Source: Bacteroidota bacterium (GTDB taxonomy: Bacteria > Bacteroidota > Bacteroidia > Flavobacteriales > UBA7312). Taken from it: 64,000 nucleotides of DNA. Both the position numbers and the translations under genes were made by a program. The stretch covers positions 8,196 through 72,195 of the forward strand of contig JAYYZE010000010.1 of assembly GCA_036340235.1 (NCBI GenBank), given 5' to 3'. Positions 39,545 to 49,668 of this stretch are shown piece after piece. How positions within the stretch are numbered: position 1 is the stretch's first letter; the number at the start of each line of letters is the position of its first letter. Under the pieces are notes generated by a model that worked only from the letters and a program-made list of their open reading frames with translations, did no database searches and was not told the origin of the DNA.

Positions 39545-41233
39545 GGCTTGTCTTATATCTTTTAATCTCAATTGAAGAGACGTATTGCCGTTCCATTCGT
39601 TGACCTCCAAAACAAAACAAATATCAATTGGCTTCTTATCTTTGGCTAACTGATATTTCGAAGCCATTCTAAAACCAACCGCATCCAAGGTGTTGGAATG
39701 ATCTGGTGAAGTTAGGCTTAATTTTAAATGCGATTGGTCCTGTCCAATAATTCGTCCATACCCTTTATCTAACACGCCTCGTAACATCAAAATTGGCTTG
39801 TTATTAGATGGACCAAATGGGGCCATTTGCTGAAAAATTCTAAATGTTTTATGAGTAATGTCCTGCCAATCGACCTCTAAATCAACACTAATTTCTTCTC
39901 TGAGCATGTGCTCTTCTATTGTATTGCAAACAACTTGTTCAAATTTTTCAATAAACGCATTTAAATTTTCCTTTTTAAGAGTCAAACCAGCAGCATATTT
40001 ATGTCCGCCAAACTGAATCAACAGGTCAGAACAGGCCTCAATAGCGTTGTACACGTCAAAGTATTTGACAGAACGTGCTGAACCAGTTAGCATTCCATTG
40101 CTTTCGGTCAGCACAATAGTTGGCTTATAATGAGATTCTATAAGTCGAGAGGCTACAATTCCCACTACACCTTTGTGCCAATTGTCACTAAAAACCACGG
40201 TACTTTTTTTATTAGGATCTATTTGCTCAAGGGCTTCTTGCGTAATGGTTTGATCTAATTCTTTTCTAGTAAAATTGTGCTTTTCAATGTGTTGAGCTTT
40301 ATCTTTAGCAATTAAAAAGTCATCTTCAATAAGTAATTCTACCGCTCTTTTACCGTGCTCGATTCTACCCGCAGCGTTAATACGAGGCGCCAAGCCAAAA
40401 ACAACGTCAGAGATGGTTAATTGTTCATTCCTGTTAGCCTCTTTTAGTAATGCTTTAAGCCCTGTTCTTGGATTAGTATTTAGCTGTTTCAGACCATAAT
40501 GAGCAAGCACTCTATTTTCACCAACGATAGGAACAATGTCAGCCGCGATACTCACAACCACCAAATCTAAAAAGGGGTAAAGTTTACTAGTTGATATATT
40601 GTGTTTTTGACAATAAGCTTGGGCTAATTTGAAGCCTACACCGCAACCACTTAATTCATCAAACGGGTAATGACAGTCTGTTCGTTTGGGATCTAGTATT
40701 GCAACTGCTTGAGGTAGTTTATGAGCTGGTCGATGATGATCACAAATGATAAAGTCTATACCCAACGTATTGGCATAATCGATTTTGTCAATAGCTTTAA
40801 TGCCACAGTCTAAGCAAATGATTAAATCTATTTCGTTTTCCTCAGCATAATCAATGGCTTTATATGACACACCATACCCTTCATTATAACGATCTGGAAT
40901 ATAATATTCTATATTTTCTGAAAATGAGTTTAAGAATAAGTACATAAGTGCAACGGCCGTTGTGCCATCCACATCGTAATCACCATACACCATGATACGC
41001 TGATGAGAATCCAATGCCAATGAAATACGATCCACCGCTTTTTCCATATCCTTCATAAGAAATGGATCATGTAGGTGGTTTAGTTGCGGTCTAAAAAAGC
41101 GTTTTGCTTGTTCAAAATCAGTAATCCCTCTCTGTGCCAAGAGAGTTGCAATGATTGGAGATACCCCTAAACTTTCTTGTAGGGATGTTAGTAAATCGTC
41201 ATTAGGTAAGGGTTTTGTTATCCATCTAGCCAT
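39515..41233 (-). CDS. recJ: Single-stranded DNA exonuclease RecJ
   Basis: GDYDVDG, DCG, DHH, PRINAAGR and GGHKYAAG motifs. Confidence 0.97.
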   Translation of the reverse strand: MARWITKPLPNDDLLTSLQESLGVSPIIATLLAQRGITDFEQAKRFFRPQLNHLHDPFLMKDMEKAVDRISLALDSHQRIMVYGDYDVDGTTAVALMYLFLNSFSENIEYYIPDRYNEGYGVSYKAIDYAEENEIDLIICLDCGIKAIDKIDYANTLGIDFIICDHHRPAHKLPQAVAILDPKRTDCHYPFDELSGCGVGFKLAQAYCQKHNISTSKLYPFLDLVVVSIAADIVPIVGENRVLAHYGLKQLNTNPRTGLKALLKEANRNEQLTISDVVFGLAPRINAAGRIEHGKRAVELLIEDDFLIAKDKAQHIEKHNFTRKELDQTITQEALEQIDPNKKSTVVFSDNWHKGVVGIVASRLIESHYKPTIVLTESNGMLTGSARSVKYFDVYNAIEACSDLLIQFGGHKYAAGLTLKKENLNAFIEKFEQVVCNTIEEHMLREEISVDLEVDWQDITHKTFRIFQQMAPFGPSNNKPILMLRGVLDKGYGRIIGQDQSHLKLSLTSPDHSNTLDAVGFRMASKYQLAKDKKPIDICFVLEVNEWNGNTSLQLRLKDIRQALLQDGSSKF

Positions 41234-42287
41234 TTTGATTTAATATATGGGTTTGCATCAATACAGAATGTTTATGGATAAGCTCAAAAAGTTCAGCAAT
41301 AGCATGTGTATCTAAATCAAATTGTTCACCCCACTCCTTTCTGCTTTTTAAGATTTCAAACCATCGTTCAATTTGCAATATGGTAACATTATTGGCTTTT
41401 TTAAAATGACCAATTTCTTTTACGATTTCTGTTCGATTGGCAACGATTTCTAGCAATTGTTTATCAATAATATCGATTTGTGAACGTAGATTTTTAAGGG
41501 TTGACTTAAAATCGGGGTTTGGAGTTGTGGATGTTCGCAGTATTAAATCATTGAGAATTTCTATAAGCCTATTGGGCGTGATTTGCTGCTGTGCATCGCT
41601 AAGGGCTTGTGATGGCTTGTGATGACTTTCTATCATCAGCCCGTCCATATTTAAATCCATAGCTATTTGTGAGACTTCGGCTATCATGTGAGTGTTTCCT
41701 GAAATATGGCTAGGGTCACAAAGCAGGGGTAAATCTGGCACCAAACGCTTGAGCTTGATGGGTATTTCCCATTTAGGCTCGTTACGAAAAGCCGACTTTT
41801 CTAAAGTAAAAAACCCTCTATGTATGGCAAATAGGTTATCAATTCCTTTTTTATTTAATCGCTCCAAAGCACCCATCCACAAGCTTAGTTCGGGATGTAA
41901 TGGGTTTTTAACCATTACTGCAATGTCAACACCACTTAATGCAGAGGCAATTTCTTGCACATAAAATGGGTTTACAGTGGTTCTAGCGCCTATCCAAAGA
42001 ACATCTACATTAGCCTTCAAGCAATGTTCTACATGTTGAGCATTGGCAACCTCAGTGGCCACTTTAAGTCCTGTTTGGGATTTGACTTCTTGCATCCAAG
42101 TTAGTGCTTTTTGGCCCATGCCCTCAAATGAGTTGGGTCGTGTACGCGGCTTCCATATACCTGCTCTAAATATAGAAATGGTATCTTTTAACGACTTAGC
42201 GGTGGACAGCATTTGCTCTTGGCTCTCAGCACTACAAGGGCCTGCTATGACAAGTGGTTTTTTAAATTGCTTGACGTTTAACTTCAC
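41226..42287 (-). CDS. Bifunctional DAHP synthase (class I beta) / chorismate mutase
   Basis: IAGPCSAES, WKPRTRP, IGART and DPSHI motifs; C-terminal AroQ domain LRSQIDIIDKQLL. GTG start. Confidence 0.92.
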   Translation of the reverse strand: MKLNVKQFKKPLVIAGPCSAESQEQMLSTAKSLKDTISIFRAGIWKPRTRPNSFEGMGQKALTWMQEVKSQTGLKVATEVANAQHVEHCLKANVDVLWIGARTTVNPFYVQEIASALSGVDIAVMVKNPLHPELSLWMGALERLNKKGIDNLFAIHRGFFTLEKSAFRNEPKWEIPIKLKRLVPDLPLLCDPSHISGNTHMIAEVSQIAMDLNMDGLMIESHHKPSQALSDAQQQITPNRLIEILNDLILRTSTTPNPDFKSTLKNLRSQIDIIDKQLLEIVANRTEIVKEIGHFKKANNVTILQIERWFEILKSRKEWGEQFDLDTHAIAELFELIHKHSVLMQTHILNQNG

Positions 42288-42958
42288 GATTTCTTTCCCT
42301 CAATTACAATTACAAATTCGCCTTTGGGTTCTCTTTCTTTGAAATGAGTGATAAGATCTGCCACGCTTCCACGAATGGTTTCTTCAAACTTTTTGCTTAG
42401 TTCTCTACTGACAGATGCTTGCCTATCACTGCCAAAAGTTTCTGAAAATTGTTCAAGTGTTTTTAGTATACGAAAGGGCGATTCGTAAAACACCATAGTC
42501 TTTGTTTCATGAGCCATTGACTGTAAACGTGTTTTCCTTCCTTTTTTGTGCGGTAAGAATCCATGAAATACAAATCGCTCACAAGGCAGTGCCGAAAGAA
42601 CGAGTGCAGGTATTAAAGCGGTTGCCCCTGGCAAACATTCTACCTCTTGTCCATGCTTAACACACTCCCTTACTAATAAGAAACCTGGATCTGAGATACC
42701 TGGTGTTCCCGCATCTGAAATTAAGGCAATGGATTTACCCGCTTGAAGGTTTTCTACCCACTTGCTGATGGTTTTATGCTCGTTGTGCATATGATAGGCT
42801 TTCATGGGTGTGTCAATGGAATAATGGGCTAAGAGTTTAGCGCTATTTCTAGTATCTTCTGCCAAAATAATATCGACCTCTTGCATGGTCTGAACCGCTC
42901 GAAAGGTGATGTCTTTTAAATTACCTATTGGAGTAGGAACAATGACTAATTTTCCCAT
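42284..42958 (-). CDS. rsmI: 16S rRNA C1402 2'-O-methyltransferase
   Basis: PTPIGNLKDIT, AEDTR, SDAGTPGISDPG and YESPFR motifs. Confidence 0.96.
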   Translation of the reverse strand: MGKLVIVPTPIGNLKDITFRAVQTMQEVDIILAEDTRNSAKLLAHYSIDTPMKAYHMHNEHKTISKWVENLQAGKSIALISDAGTPGISDPGFLLVRECVKHGQEVECLPGATALIPALVLSALPCERFVFHGFLPHKKGRKTRLQSMAHETKTMVFYESPFRILKTLEQFSETFGSDRQASVSRELSKKFEETIRGSVADLITHFKEREPKGEFVIVIEGKKS

Positions 42959-42967
42959 TGTACAAAA

Positions 42968-43840
42968 TTACATGAAAAAGGGATAAAATTCTAGTGAAGG
43001 AGTGATTCTTATAGTTGGAGCAGGGAATTTAATATAGTTTAGCCAATGTTTAATTCGTTTTGCTGTGGGGGTATTCCATTTTTTAAGTACTTGTTTCAAA
43101 TCATAATCTAGGGCAATATAGAACTCATTCTTCCCTCCTACTTTAGTGGTGTTTTGCAAATACTGAGAGTCGTCCAGCCCCACCCCTAGCGACAATCCAA
43201 TGTCAATATTATTTTGTTTAAATGGGTAAAAAGTCATCCAATAGGTTTGATTTATATAATCGTCAAAATAGGCGTGTTTATGGGGTGGTGCCCATGGTTT
43301 TTGTTCTCGACCTAGATCCCAATAATGATTGCTTCTTTTGTAGTAGCTAAATTTAAAATCAATGTATTGCATGGGTTGCCAATATCGTTCGGCGACGGGT
43401 ACCAAAGCCCCAACTGAGCCAGCACTAAAGTCCCAAATACTAAAGCCCCAATAAGGGGCATAAGCATCTTTCATTTCTATTGCTAGCTGAACAAAGGAGC
43501 CCATGGCAGCACCATACCAGTAGGCCTTTTTTTCATCAACTCCTGCCCATTTTAAATTAGAATGAAAAAGGTCAGCAACTATCAATCCGCCTAGAAAATG
43601 TCCTCCCTTATCGATATTCTTAGCATACCTCAAATCAGTGCCATCGTCAAAATGAAATGCAATAGACTGATCACTCCACCACGAATTTTGAACATATAAA
43701 TACGAACCAGCCAAAGTAGAAACACCACTAGACAATACTAACGTTAGTTTGTAGGGATTAATCTTTGTAGAGTCTGACTGAGAGTATGAATTAATTACAA
43801 TTAAAAGCGATAAAATAACAACAAATAGGTGCTTAAACAT
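42968..43840 (-). CDS. DUF2279 / YfiM-like exported protein
   Basis: Signal peptide ending SYS-Q; FHFDDG, DKGGH, WGFSIWD and DDYINQTYW motifs. Confidence 0.72.
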   Translation of the reverse strand: MFKHLFVVILSLLIVINSYSQSDSTKINPYKLTLVLSSGVSTLAGSYLYVQNSWWSDQSIAFHFDDGTDLRYAKNIDKGGHFLGGLIVADLFHSNLKWAGVDEKKAYWYGAAMGSFVQLAIEMKDAYAPYWGFSIWDFSAGSVGALVPVAERYWQPMQYIDFKFSYYKRSNHYWDLGREQKPWAPPHKHAYFDDYINQTYWMTFYPFKQNNIDIGLSLGVGLDDSQYLQNTTKVGGKNEFYIALDYDLKQVLKKWNTPTAKRIKHWLNYIKFPAPTIRITPSLEFYPFFM

Positions 43841-43881
43841 ATTAAAATTCTATTTTTACATTTGTTAACAAAGTTAATCCA

Positions 43882-44439
43882 TTGTTTTTAGAAAAAAATA
43901 ATAAGAAAAAAGGAAGCATTGAGGTAATCTGCGGATCTATGTTTTCAGGAAAAACTGAAGAATTATTGAGGCGATTGAGGCGTGCTGAAATTGCCAAACA
44001 GACAGTTTTAATCTGTAAACCGTCCATTGAAAATCGATACGAAAAAAATAAAGTAGTATCCCATGACCGTAGTTCAATAGATTGTGTACTTGTTCAAACA
44101 GCCAATGAAATATTAAACTTGCCTAAAGATATTGATGTATTGGGTATTGACGAAGCCCAATTTTTTGGAAATGAGTTGATTGATATTTGTAATACTCTGG
44201 CCAATAAGGGAATAAGAATTATCATTGCGGCATTGGACATGGATTATGAAGGGCAACCCTTTGAACCTATTCCTCAGTTGTTAGCCATTGCGGACGAAGT
44301 GACCAAGGTTAGAGCTATATGTGTTCGTTGTGGCGATTTGGCTACCTTTTCCTACCGTACTGTCGAAAAAGATGAACGCATTTTAATTGGCGAAACTAAA
44401 GAATATGAGGCAAGGTGCCGACACTGTTTTTATAATTAA
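43882..44439 (+). CDS. tdk: Thymidine kinase (type II)
   Basis: CGSMFSGKTEEL, IDEAQF, C-terminal CVRC...CRHC; TTG start. Confidence 0.96.
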   Translation: MFLEKNNKKKGSIEVICGSMFSGKTEELLRRLRRAEIAKQTVLICKPSIENRYEKNKVVSHDRSSIDCVLVQTANEILNLPKDIDVLGIDEAQFFGNELIDICNTLANKGIRIIIAALDMDYEGQPFEPIPQLLAIADEVTKVRAICVRCGDLATFSYRTVEKDERILIGETKEYEARCRHCFYN

Positions 44440-45522
44440 ATGTCCAACACCCACGAAACCATATTGTATGTTAACCTCAAAATACTAGAGGACAACTATA
44501 ATTTCCTAAAAAATACCTTTTGTAAACAAAACAAAGTTATTGCTGTCGTAAAAGCATTTGCCTACGGACTTGGCGACGTTGAAGTAGCTAAAAAACTAGA
44601 GTCATTAGGAGTTGATGGTTTTTGGGTCGCTGATTTTGAGGAGGGCGTTCATCTCAGAAAAAATGGTGTTTCTATACCCATTATGGTAGCCAATCCAGGG
44701 TTTAAAAGTAAAGCAGTAGTTTTAGAATACAACTTAGAACCAGTAATTTATAACCATCGAATCTTGGATTTATATTGTTCAGCAAAAGCACATGTTAATG
44801 TCCATATAAAATTCAATACTGGCATGAATCGTTATGGTTTTGATATCGAAGATGTGGATGAGCTTGCAAAAGTTATTACCGCTAATAAATACATTACTAT
44901 CAAAAGTATATGCTCGCATTTATCGTCATCTAATGATAAACATTATGACTCCTTTAGCAATAATCAAATAGACAAGCTTAAATTAGTCGGTAATCGACTA
45001 GAGTCAGCTTTAGGAACAACCTTGCCCAAACATATACTAAACAGTAATGGTATTTTACGTTTTACATCAAATAAAGTCGATTGGGTTAGACTGGGTATTT
45101 GCCTGTATGGAGGTCTTGAACACCCAAATCTCAGTCAAATATTTACATTACAAAGTGTTATCAATCAAATTAGACAAGTTGAAGCCGGTGATAGTGTTGG
45201 CTATCAGCATTCGTTTATCGTCAAAAAAAATATGCAGATTGCCATCGTACCGGTGGGTTACGCCGATGGTATAAACAGAAAATTGGGGCAGTCTAAAGGC
45301 AGGGTTCTGATAAATAATAGATTGTGTTCCATTCTTGGCGAAATTAGTATGGATAGCATGATAGTGGATGTCACAAATACAAAAGCCTCAGAAGGCGATG
45401 ATGTCATCATTTTTAGTCCGGAACAGTCTGTGGTAAGTTTGTCTAATTCATTGGGGACTATTTCATATGAGATAATGGCTACTTTAAATCGTCGAATAAA
45501 ACGAATTTACCTGAACGAATAG
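44440..45522 (+). CDS. alr: Alanine racemase (stand-alone)
   Basis: PLP lysine motif AVVKAFAYG; TGMNRYG; VGYADG; SMD; TISYE. Confidence 0.92.
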   Translation: MSNTHETILYVNLKILEDNYNFLKNTFCKQNKVIAVVKAFAYGLGDVEVAKKLESLGVDGFWVADFEEGVHLRKNGVSIPIMVANPGFKSKAVVLEYNLEPVIYNHRILDLYCSAKAHVNVHIKFNTGMNRYGFDIEDVDELAKVITANKYITIKSICSHLSSSNDKHYDSFSNNQIDKLKLVGNRLESALGTTLPKHILNSNGILRFTSNKVDWVRLGICLYGGLEHPNLSQIFTLQSVINQIRQVEAGDSVGYQHSFIVKKNMQIAIVPVGYADGINRKLGQSKGRVLINNRLCSILGEISMDSMIVDVTNTKASEGDDVIIFSPEQSVVSLSNSLGTISYEIMATLNRRIKRIYLNE

Positions 45523-45612
45523 GTGTACAGCATACAGGCATCGACACCGTCCCTAGCTCATTATATTTACATGATTTGAATCAAGAAATAAAACCATTTT
45601 CTTTATATTCTT

Positions 45613-47274
45613 TTAGTTAATACTATCTCCTCGAAGTATGGCATGGTACCTATGTACATCATCCAATAAATTGATGGCTTCGGCAAGCTCTCTGTCATGT
45701 TTTATTGTAGATTCTATTTTTCCTTTTTGATAATAATATCTAGTCGCAATTTCCATTTCCATAACCTCCATTATTTCTGACTTAAAACGCTCAATATCGT
45801 TTTCTTTACTGGTATTCATTTTTTCTTTTAATTGATTCAACTCCACTTCAATATCTGAGAGATATTTTTCAGATTCTGCATCATCAATTAGATCGGTTAT
45901 GGCCTTTTCTGTATCGGTTTCGTATTCGTATTCTTTATCATTTAAGAATTGTTTAAACCTATCATAGATTTGCTCAGTAACAACAAACCCTCTGGCAGAT
46001 GGAATACTGTCGTTTTCTGCTTTAAATTGATTAGCAAAATTAAATATATGCCTTTTACGAATGATACTTCTTAATATGTTGCTGTATTTATAAGGTTCAA
46101 CTACTACGTCTGGCTCTATGCCACCACCATCGAATACAGATCGTTTGTTGATTAAAGTTTTAAATTCTGTTTTTAAACTATCCGCAATCATTCCCACGCT
46201 TCCGTCTTCGTCTCTATTGGAATAATCTAGTGCCTGGATGCATCGTCCACTAGGTATATAGTATTTTGCCGTAGTAACCTTTAATTGGGCGTTGTAACTT
46301 AGTTTTCGTGTTTGTTGAACTAATCCCTTTCCAAAGCTGCGCTGTCCCAAGACTATTCCTCTGTCAAGGTCTTGAATTGACCCAGACACTATTTCAGATG
46401 CAGAAGCAGAACTTCGGCTAATCAATACTACCAAAGGAATTTCTGTATCTACAGCTACACTTTTAGTCTTGTAGCTCTTCTCCCATTCTTTAATCTTGCC
46501 TTTTGTAAAAACTATTTCTTGATTTTTGTCTATAAAAATATTGGCCATCTTAATCGCTTCGCTGAGAAGTCCTCCAGGGTTACCTCTCAAATCTAGAATT
46601 AATCCTTTTAGTTGGTTATCGACATTAAGAGCTTTGTAAGCATCTTCCACTTCTTTAGATATATTTCGAGTAAAAGATCTAGTTTTGATGTAGCCAATAC
46701 TATCAGAAACCATCCCATGATATGGTACGGAACTTAACTTTATTTCTTCTCTGATAATTTCTACTTTGAATGGATCAATACCTGGTCGTTCGATTAATAC
46801 ATCTATACTAGTATTCGGCTCTCCCTTGAGGATTTTACTAACATCTTCAGTTGATTTGCCTTCTACGGACTCACCATCCACTTCTAAAAACTTATCTCCA
46901 GCAATAAGACCTGCTTTATCAGCGGGAAACCCCTCGTAGGGCTCACTGACATAAACCCAATCGTCTATTTTGGTAATAATAGCTCCTATGCCACCGTATT
47001 GACCAGTAGTCATAAATTCAAAGTCCTCTTTATCAGATTCAGGGATGTAGGTAGTGTATGGATCCAAGGACTTCAACATAGCGTCGATGGCCGTTTTCAT
47101 CAACTCACCAGAATCAGTTTCATCAACATACAAAATATTGAGCTCTTTGTATAGAGTACTAAAGATGTCTAGATTTTTAGATATTTCGAAAAAATTGTCT
47201 ACGAATCCAAACGACAGAAAAGATGCAATGGCAATGGCAGCTACTAATACTATTTTTTTAAATTTTTTTATCAT
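45613..47274 (-). CDS. S41 family carboxyl-terminal protease
   Basis: LDPY, PDZ domain, DLRGNPGG, SASASEI and SFGKGLVQ motifs. Confidence 0.95.
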   Translation of the reverse strand: MIKKFKKIVLVAAIAIASFLSFGFVDNFFEISKNLDIFSTLYKELNILYVDETDSGELMKTAIDAMLKSLDPYTTYIPESDKEDFEFMTTGQYGGIGAIITKIDDWVYVSEPYEGFPADKAGLIAGDKFLEVDGESVEGKSTEDVSKILKGEPNTSIDVLIERPGIDPFKVEIIREEIKLSSVPYHGMVSDSIGYIKTRSFTRNISKEVEDAYKALNVDNQLKGLILDLRGNPGGLLSEAIKMANIFIDKNQEIVFTKGKIKEWEKSYKTKSVAVDTEIPLVVLISRSSASASEIVSGSIQDLDRGIVLGQRSFGKGLVQQTRKLSYNAQLKVTTAKYYIPSGRCIQALDYSNRDEDGSVGMIADSLKTEFKTLINKRSVFDGGGIEPDVVVEPYKYSNILRSIIRKRHIFNFANQFKAENDSIPSARGFVVTEQIYDRFKQFLNDKEYEYETDTEKAITDLIDDAESEKYLSDIEVELNQLKEKMNTSKENDIERFKSEIMEVMEMEIATRYYYQKGKIESTIKHDRELAEAINLLDDVHRYHAILRGDSIN

Positions 47275-47286
47275 TATTTTTATTTC

Positions 47287-47508
47287 TTAAGGCACAGGGT
47301 CGTGACCATGGCCACCCCAAGGGTGGCATTTGGCTAGTCGCTTAATCGTCAAGCACATTCCTTTTAAAGGTCCATGTTTTGTAATTGCCTGAAGTCCATA
47401 TTCAGAACAAGTAGGGACGTATCTACACTTTGGAGCAAACAAGGGTGAGATAGCGCCTCTGTACAACAAAATCAATCCTTTAAGGATGGCTGATAAAATA
47501 CGACTCAT
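47287..47508 (-). CDS. yidD: Membrane protein insertion efficiency factor
   Basis: CRYVPTCSEY...KCHPWGGHGHDPVP. Confidence 0.95.
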   Translation of the reverse strand: MSRILSAILKGLILLYRGAISPLFAPKCRYVPTCSEYGLQAITKHGPLKGMCLTIKRLAKCHPWGGHGHDPVP

Positions 47509-47882
47509 ACCTGTCTTGATAAACGTTGTAAAGTTACACTTATTTTAGCTTCTATTTCAACATACGATTTTACAATTGAATCTGTGTATATAATGAGCAT
47601 CTTTAAGCCCTTTCGATTGCTTTGTAATTTAGTTAATATATGTGTTTTGTGTTTCCTGTAAGATTCTCGCAATAGTCGTTTAACGCGGTTTCTTGATACA
47701 GCTTTTGGCAGATGTTTTTTGGGAACACTGAAGGCTACTTTGGTAAATGAATCGTTTCTATCGGTGGTATCCCAGATAACAACTAGTGGGGAATCGTAAA
47801 TACGTTTTCCGTTTGTAAATAGGTGATTGATTTCTTCTTTGCTTTTCAGCCTTTCTTGGTTGTCAAAAGTGGCTAAGGTCAT
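47505..47882 (-). CDS. rnpA: Ribonuclease P protein component
   Basis: ERLKS and SVPKK...AVSRNRVKRLLRESYR (RNR motif). Confidence 0.93.
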   Translation of the reverse strand: MTLATFDNQERLKSKEEINHLFTNGKRIYDSPLVVIWDTTDRNDSFTKVAFSVPKKHLPKAVSRNRVKRLLRESYRKHKTHILTKLQSNRKGLKMLIIYTDSIVKSYVEIEAKISVTLQRLSRQV

Positions 47883-47893
47883 GCTAAAGTGTT

Positions 47894-48649
47894 TTAGCGT
47901 TTGTTTACTGTTTTAATGTATTGTTCCAAGGCCATAGTCATGGACGGGAATTCTGGACTGGGAGCCTTAATATTCAAAGATAATCCGGCATCCAAGACGG
48001 CTTTAGAGGTGGTTGGGCCAAATGCCGCAATGCGTGTGTTATTTTGTTCAAAATTGGGGTAATTTTGGTACAATGATTTGATGCCTGACGGACTGTAAAA
48101 AACCAGTATGTCATAAAATACATTCTCCAAATCTGACAAATCACTACAGACGGTTTTATACATTATAGCCTTGGTAAAAGCTATGCTATTTTCTTCAAGA
48201 AAATTTGGAATACTATCTTTTATTATATCAGAACACGGTAACAGGTATTTACTTTCTTTACTTTTTTTTAGTAAAGGCAACAAGTCTTCTACTTTTTGTT
48301 TTCCAATAAAGACTTTTCGCTTTCTGTAAGTGATGTATTTCTGAAGGTAATAAGCAATAGCTTCAGAAACGCAGTAATATTTCATTTCATTGGGAACTGT
48401 AATACGAGTCGCTTCACACATCCTAAAAAAGTGATCCATGGAATTTTTACTTGTAAAAATTACAGCATCATGACTAAGAATGCTAATTCGCTGTTGGCGA
48501 AACTCTTTTACTGTTAGGCCCTCTACATGAATAAATGGTCTGAAATCTATCTTAACCTTGCACTTCTTTGCTAGACTAAAATAAGGTGATTTTTCTGATT
48601 CAGGCTTTGGCTGAGATACCAAAATTGTTTTTACTTTGTTATCTTTCAA
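47894..48649 (-). CDS. hemD: Uroporphyrinogen-III synthase-like protein (HemD family)
   Basis: KVKTILVSQP, IFTSKN, FYSPSGI and AFGPTT motifs; TTG start; typical position upstream of rnpA. Confidence 0.8.
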   Translation of the reverse strand: MKDNKVKTILVSQPKPESEKSPYFSLAKKCKVKIDFRPFIHVEGLTVKEFRQQRISILSHDAVIFTSKNSMDHFFRMCEATRITVPNEMKYYCVSEAIAYYLQKYITYRKRKVFIGKQKVEDLLPLLKKSKESKYLLPCSDIIKDSIPNFLEENSIAFTKAIMYKTVCSDLSDLENVFYDILVFYSPSGIKSLYQNYPNFEQNNTRIAAFGPTTSKAVLDAGLSLNIKAPSPEFPSMTMALEQYIKTVNKR

Positions 48650-48687
48650 GAATTATTTTTTTAATTATAAACTTGTACCTTTAGTGA

Positions 48688-49314
48688 TCAAAAACTACCC
48701 TTACAAATAATTACTAAAGGTAAAATTTCGAGAGTGCAAAGATATATAATTATGTGCGCTTTGGAAAAGGATGAATGAAAAAAACTAATATAAGCTGTTC
48801 TAATCAGTTTGTAAACAAATATCAAAAACAAGGCAATGCCGATAATTAATCTGATATCTTGTTTGTAGAAAGGGCCATAAAAAAGTAGAAATAGAAGAGG
48901 TGTCAAACATATTCCAGCTATCAATTCGTAAAAGAAACCATACCAAATTAGTTCTTGGTATTGCTTGATTTCAAACAAAATTATCAGAACACCCATTATC
49001 AATAGTTTAGATGCAAAAAATAGCGCAACCCAAAATGCATTCATTAAGAACTGACGCAAATCAAGGCAACTAACGTTTATTAAAAGAGAAACCACTATGA
49101 TTATGATTGGAAAATAAAATAGCAGATGATTAGTACTCAACTTTTCTCTCTGCAATTGATTAGATGCTTTTAAACTGAAAAAAGTCCTTGCAAACAATCT
49201 AAATTCTTCCTTAAAGTAGCTCTGCATGAATACTAAATACATCGTAACAAATAGCATCACTATGAAAATCCAATCAGCACGTAAGGAGTGGTTAATGTCT
49301 GCTATCAAATCCAT
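48688..49314 (-). CDS. DUF4271 membrane protein
   Basis: Multi-TM; C-terminal HIIIYLCTLEILP motif; adjacent to hemD. Confidence 0.78.
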   Translation of the reverse strand: MDLIADINHSLRADWIFIVMLFVTMYLVFMQSYFKEEFRLFARTFFSLKASNQLQREKLSTNHLLFYFPIIIIVVSLLINVSCLDLRQFLMNAFWVALFFASKLLIMGVLIILFEIKQYQELIWYGFFYELIAGICLTPLLFLLFYGPFYKQDIRLIIGIALFLIFVYKLIRTAYISFFHSSFSKAHIIIYLCTLEILPLVIICKGSF

Positions 49315-49668
49315 TTATTCAGGATAGCCATCATTAATCCATGAAATCAGTTTGTTTTTATCACTTTCGGATAGATTTCCAGATGGAGGCATTTTATAAA
49401 ATTCAACATCTGAATTTAACCTGTCCACAAAAGTATTATTGGGTTGATCTAAGTAATCTTTGATATTATTGTAGTTGGTATAGTCGGGAATGTATGAGTT
49501 TTGACTTGATGAATGACAACCAAGACAGTTTACTTCTACTATGCTTTTTATGGTATTGTAGCTTTCTGTTTGTGGTATGGGATTTTGATTAGGATCAGTC
49601 AATACTTCCTTTTTGCAAGATGCCAATATCAACATAACAAAGGTAAAATATAGTATTCGGTTTTTCAT
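49315..49668 (-). CDS. Small lipoprotein, monoheme cytochrome c-like
   Basis: Lipobox LAS-C, CLGCH heme motif, MPP distal Met, WINDG C-terminus. Confidence 0.78.
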   Translation of the reverse strand: MKNRILYFTFVMLILASCKKEVLTDPNQNPIPQTESYNTIKSIVEVNCLGCHSSSQNSYIPDYTNYNNIKDYLDQPNNTFVDRLNSDVEFYKMPPSGNLSESDKNKLISWINDGYPE

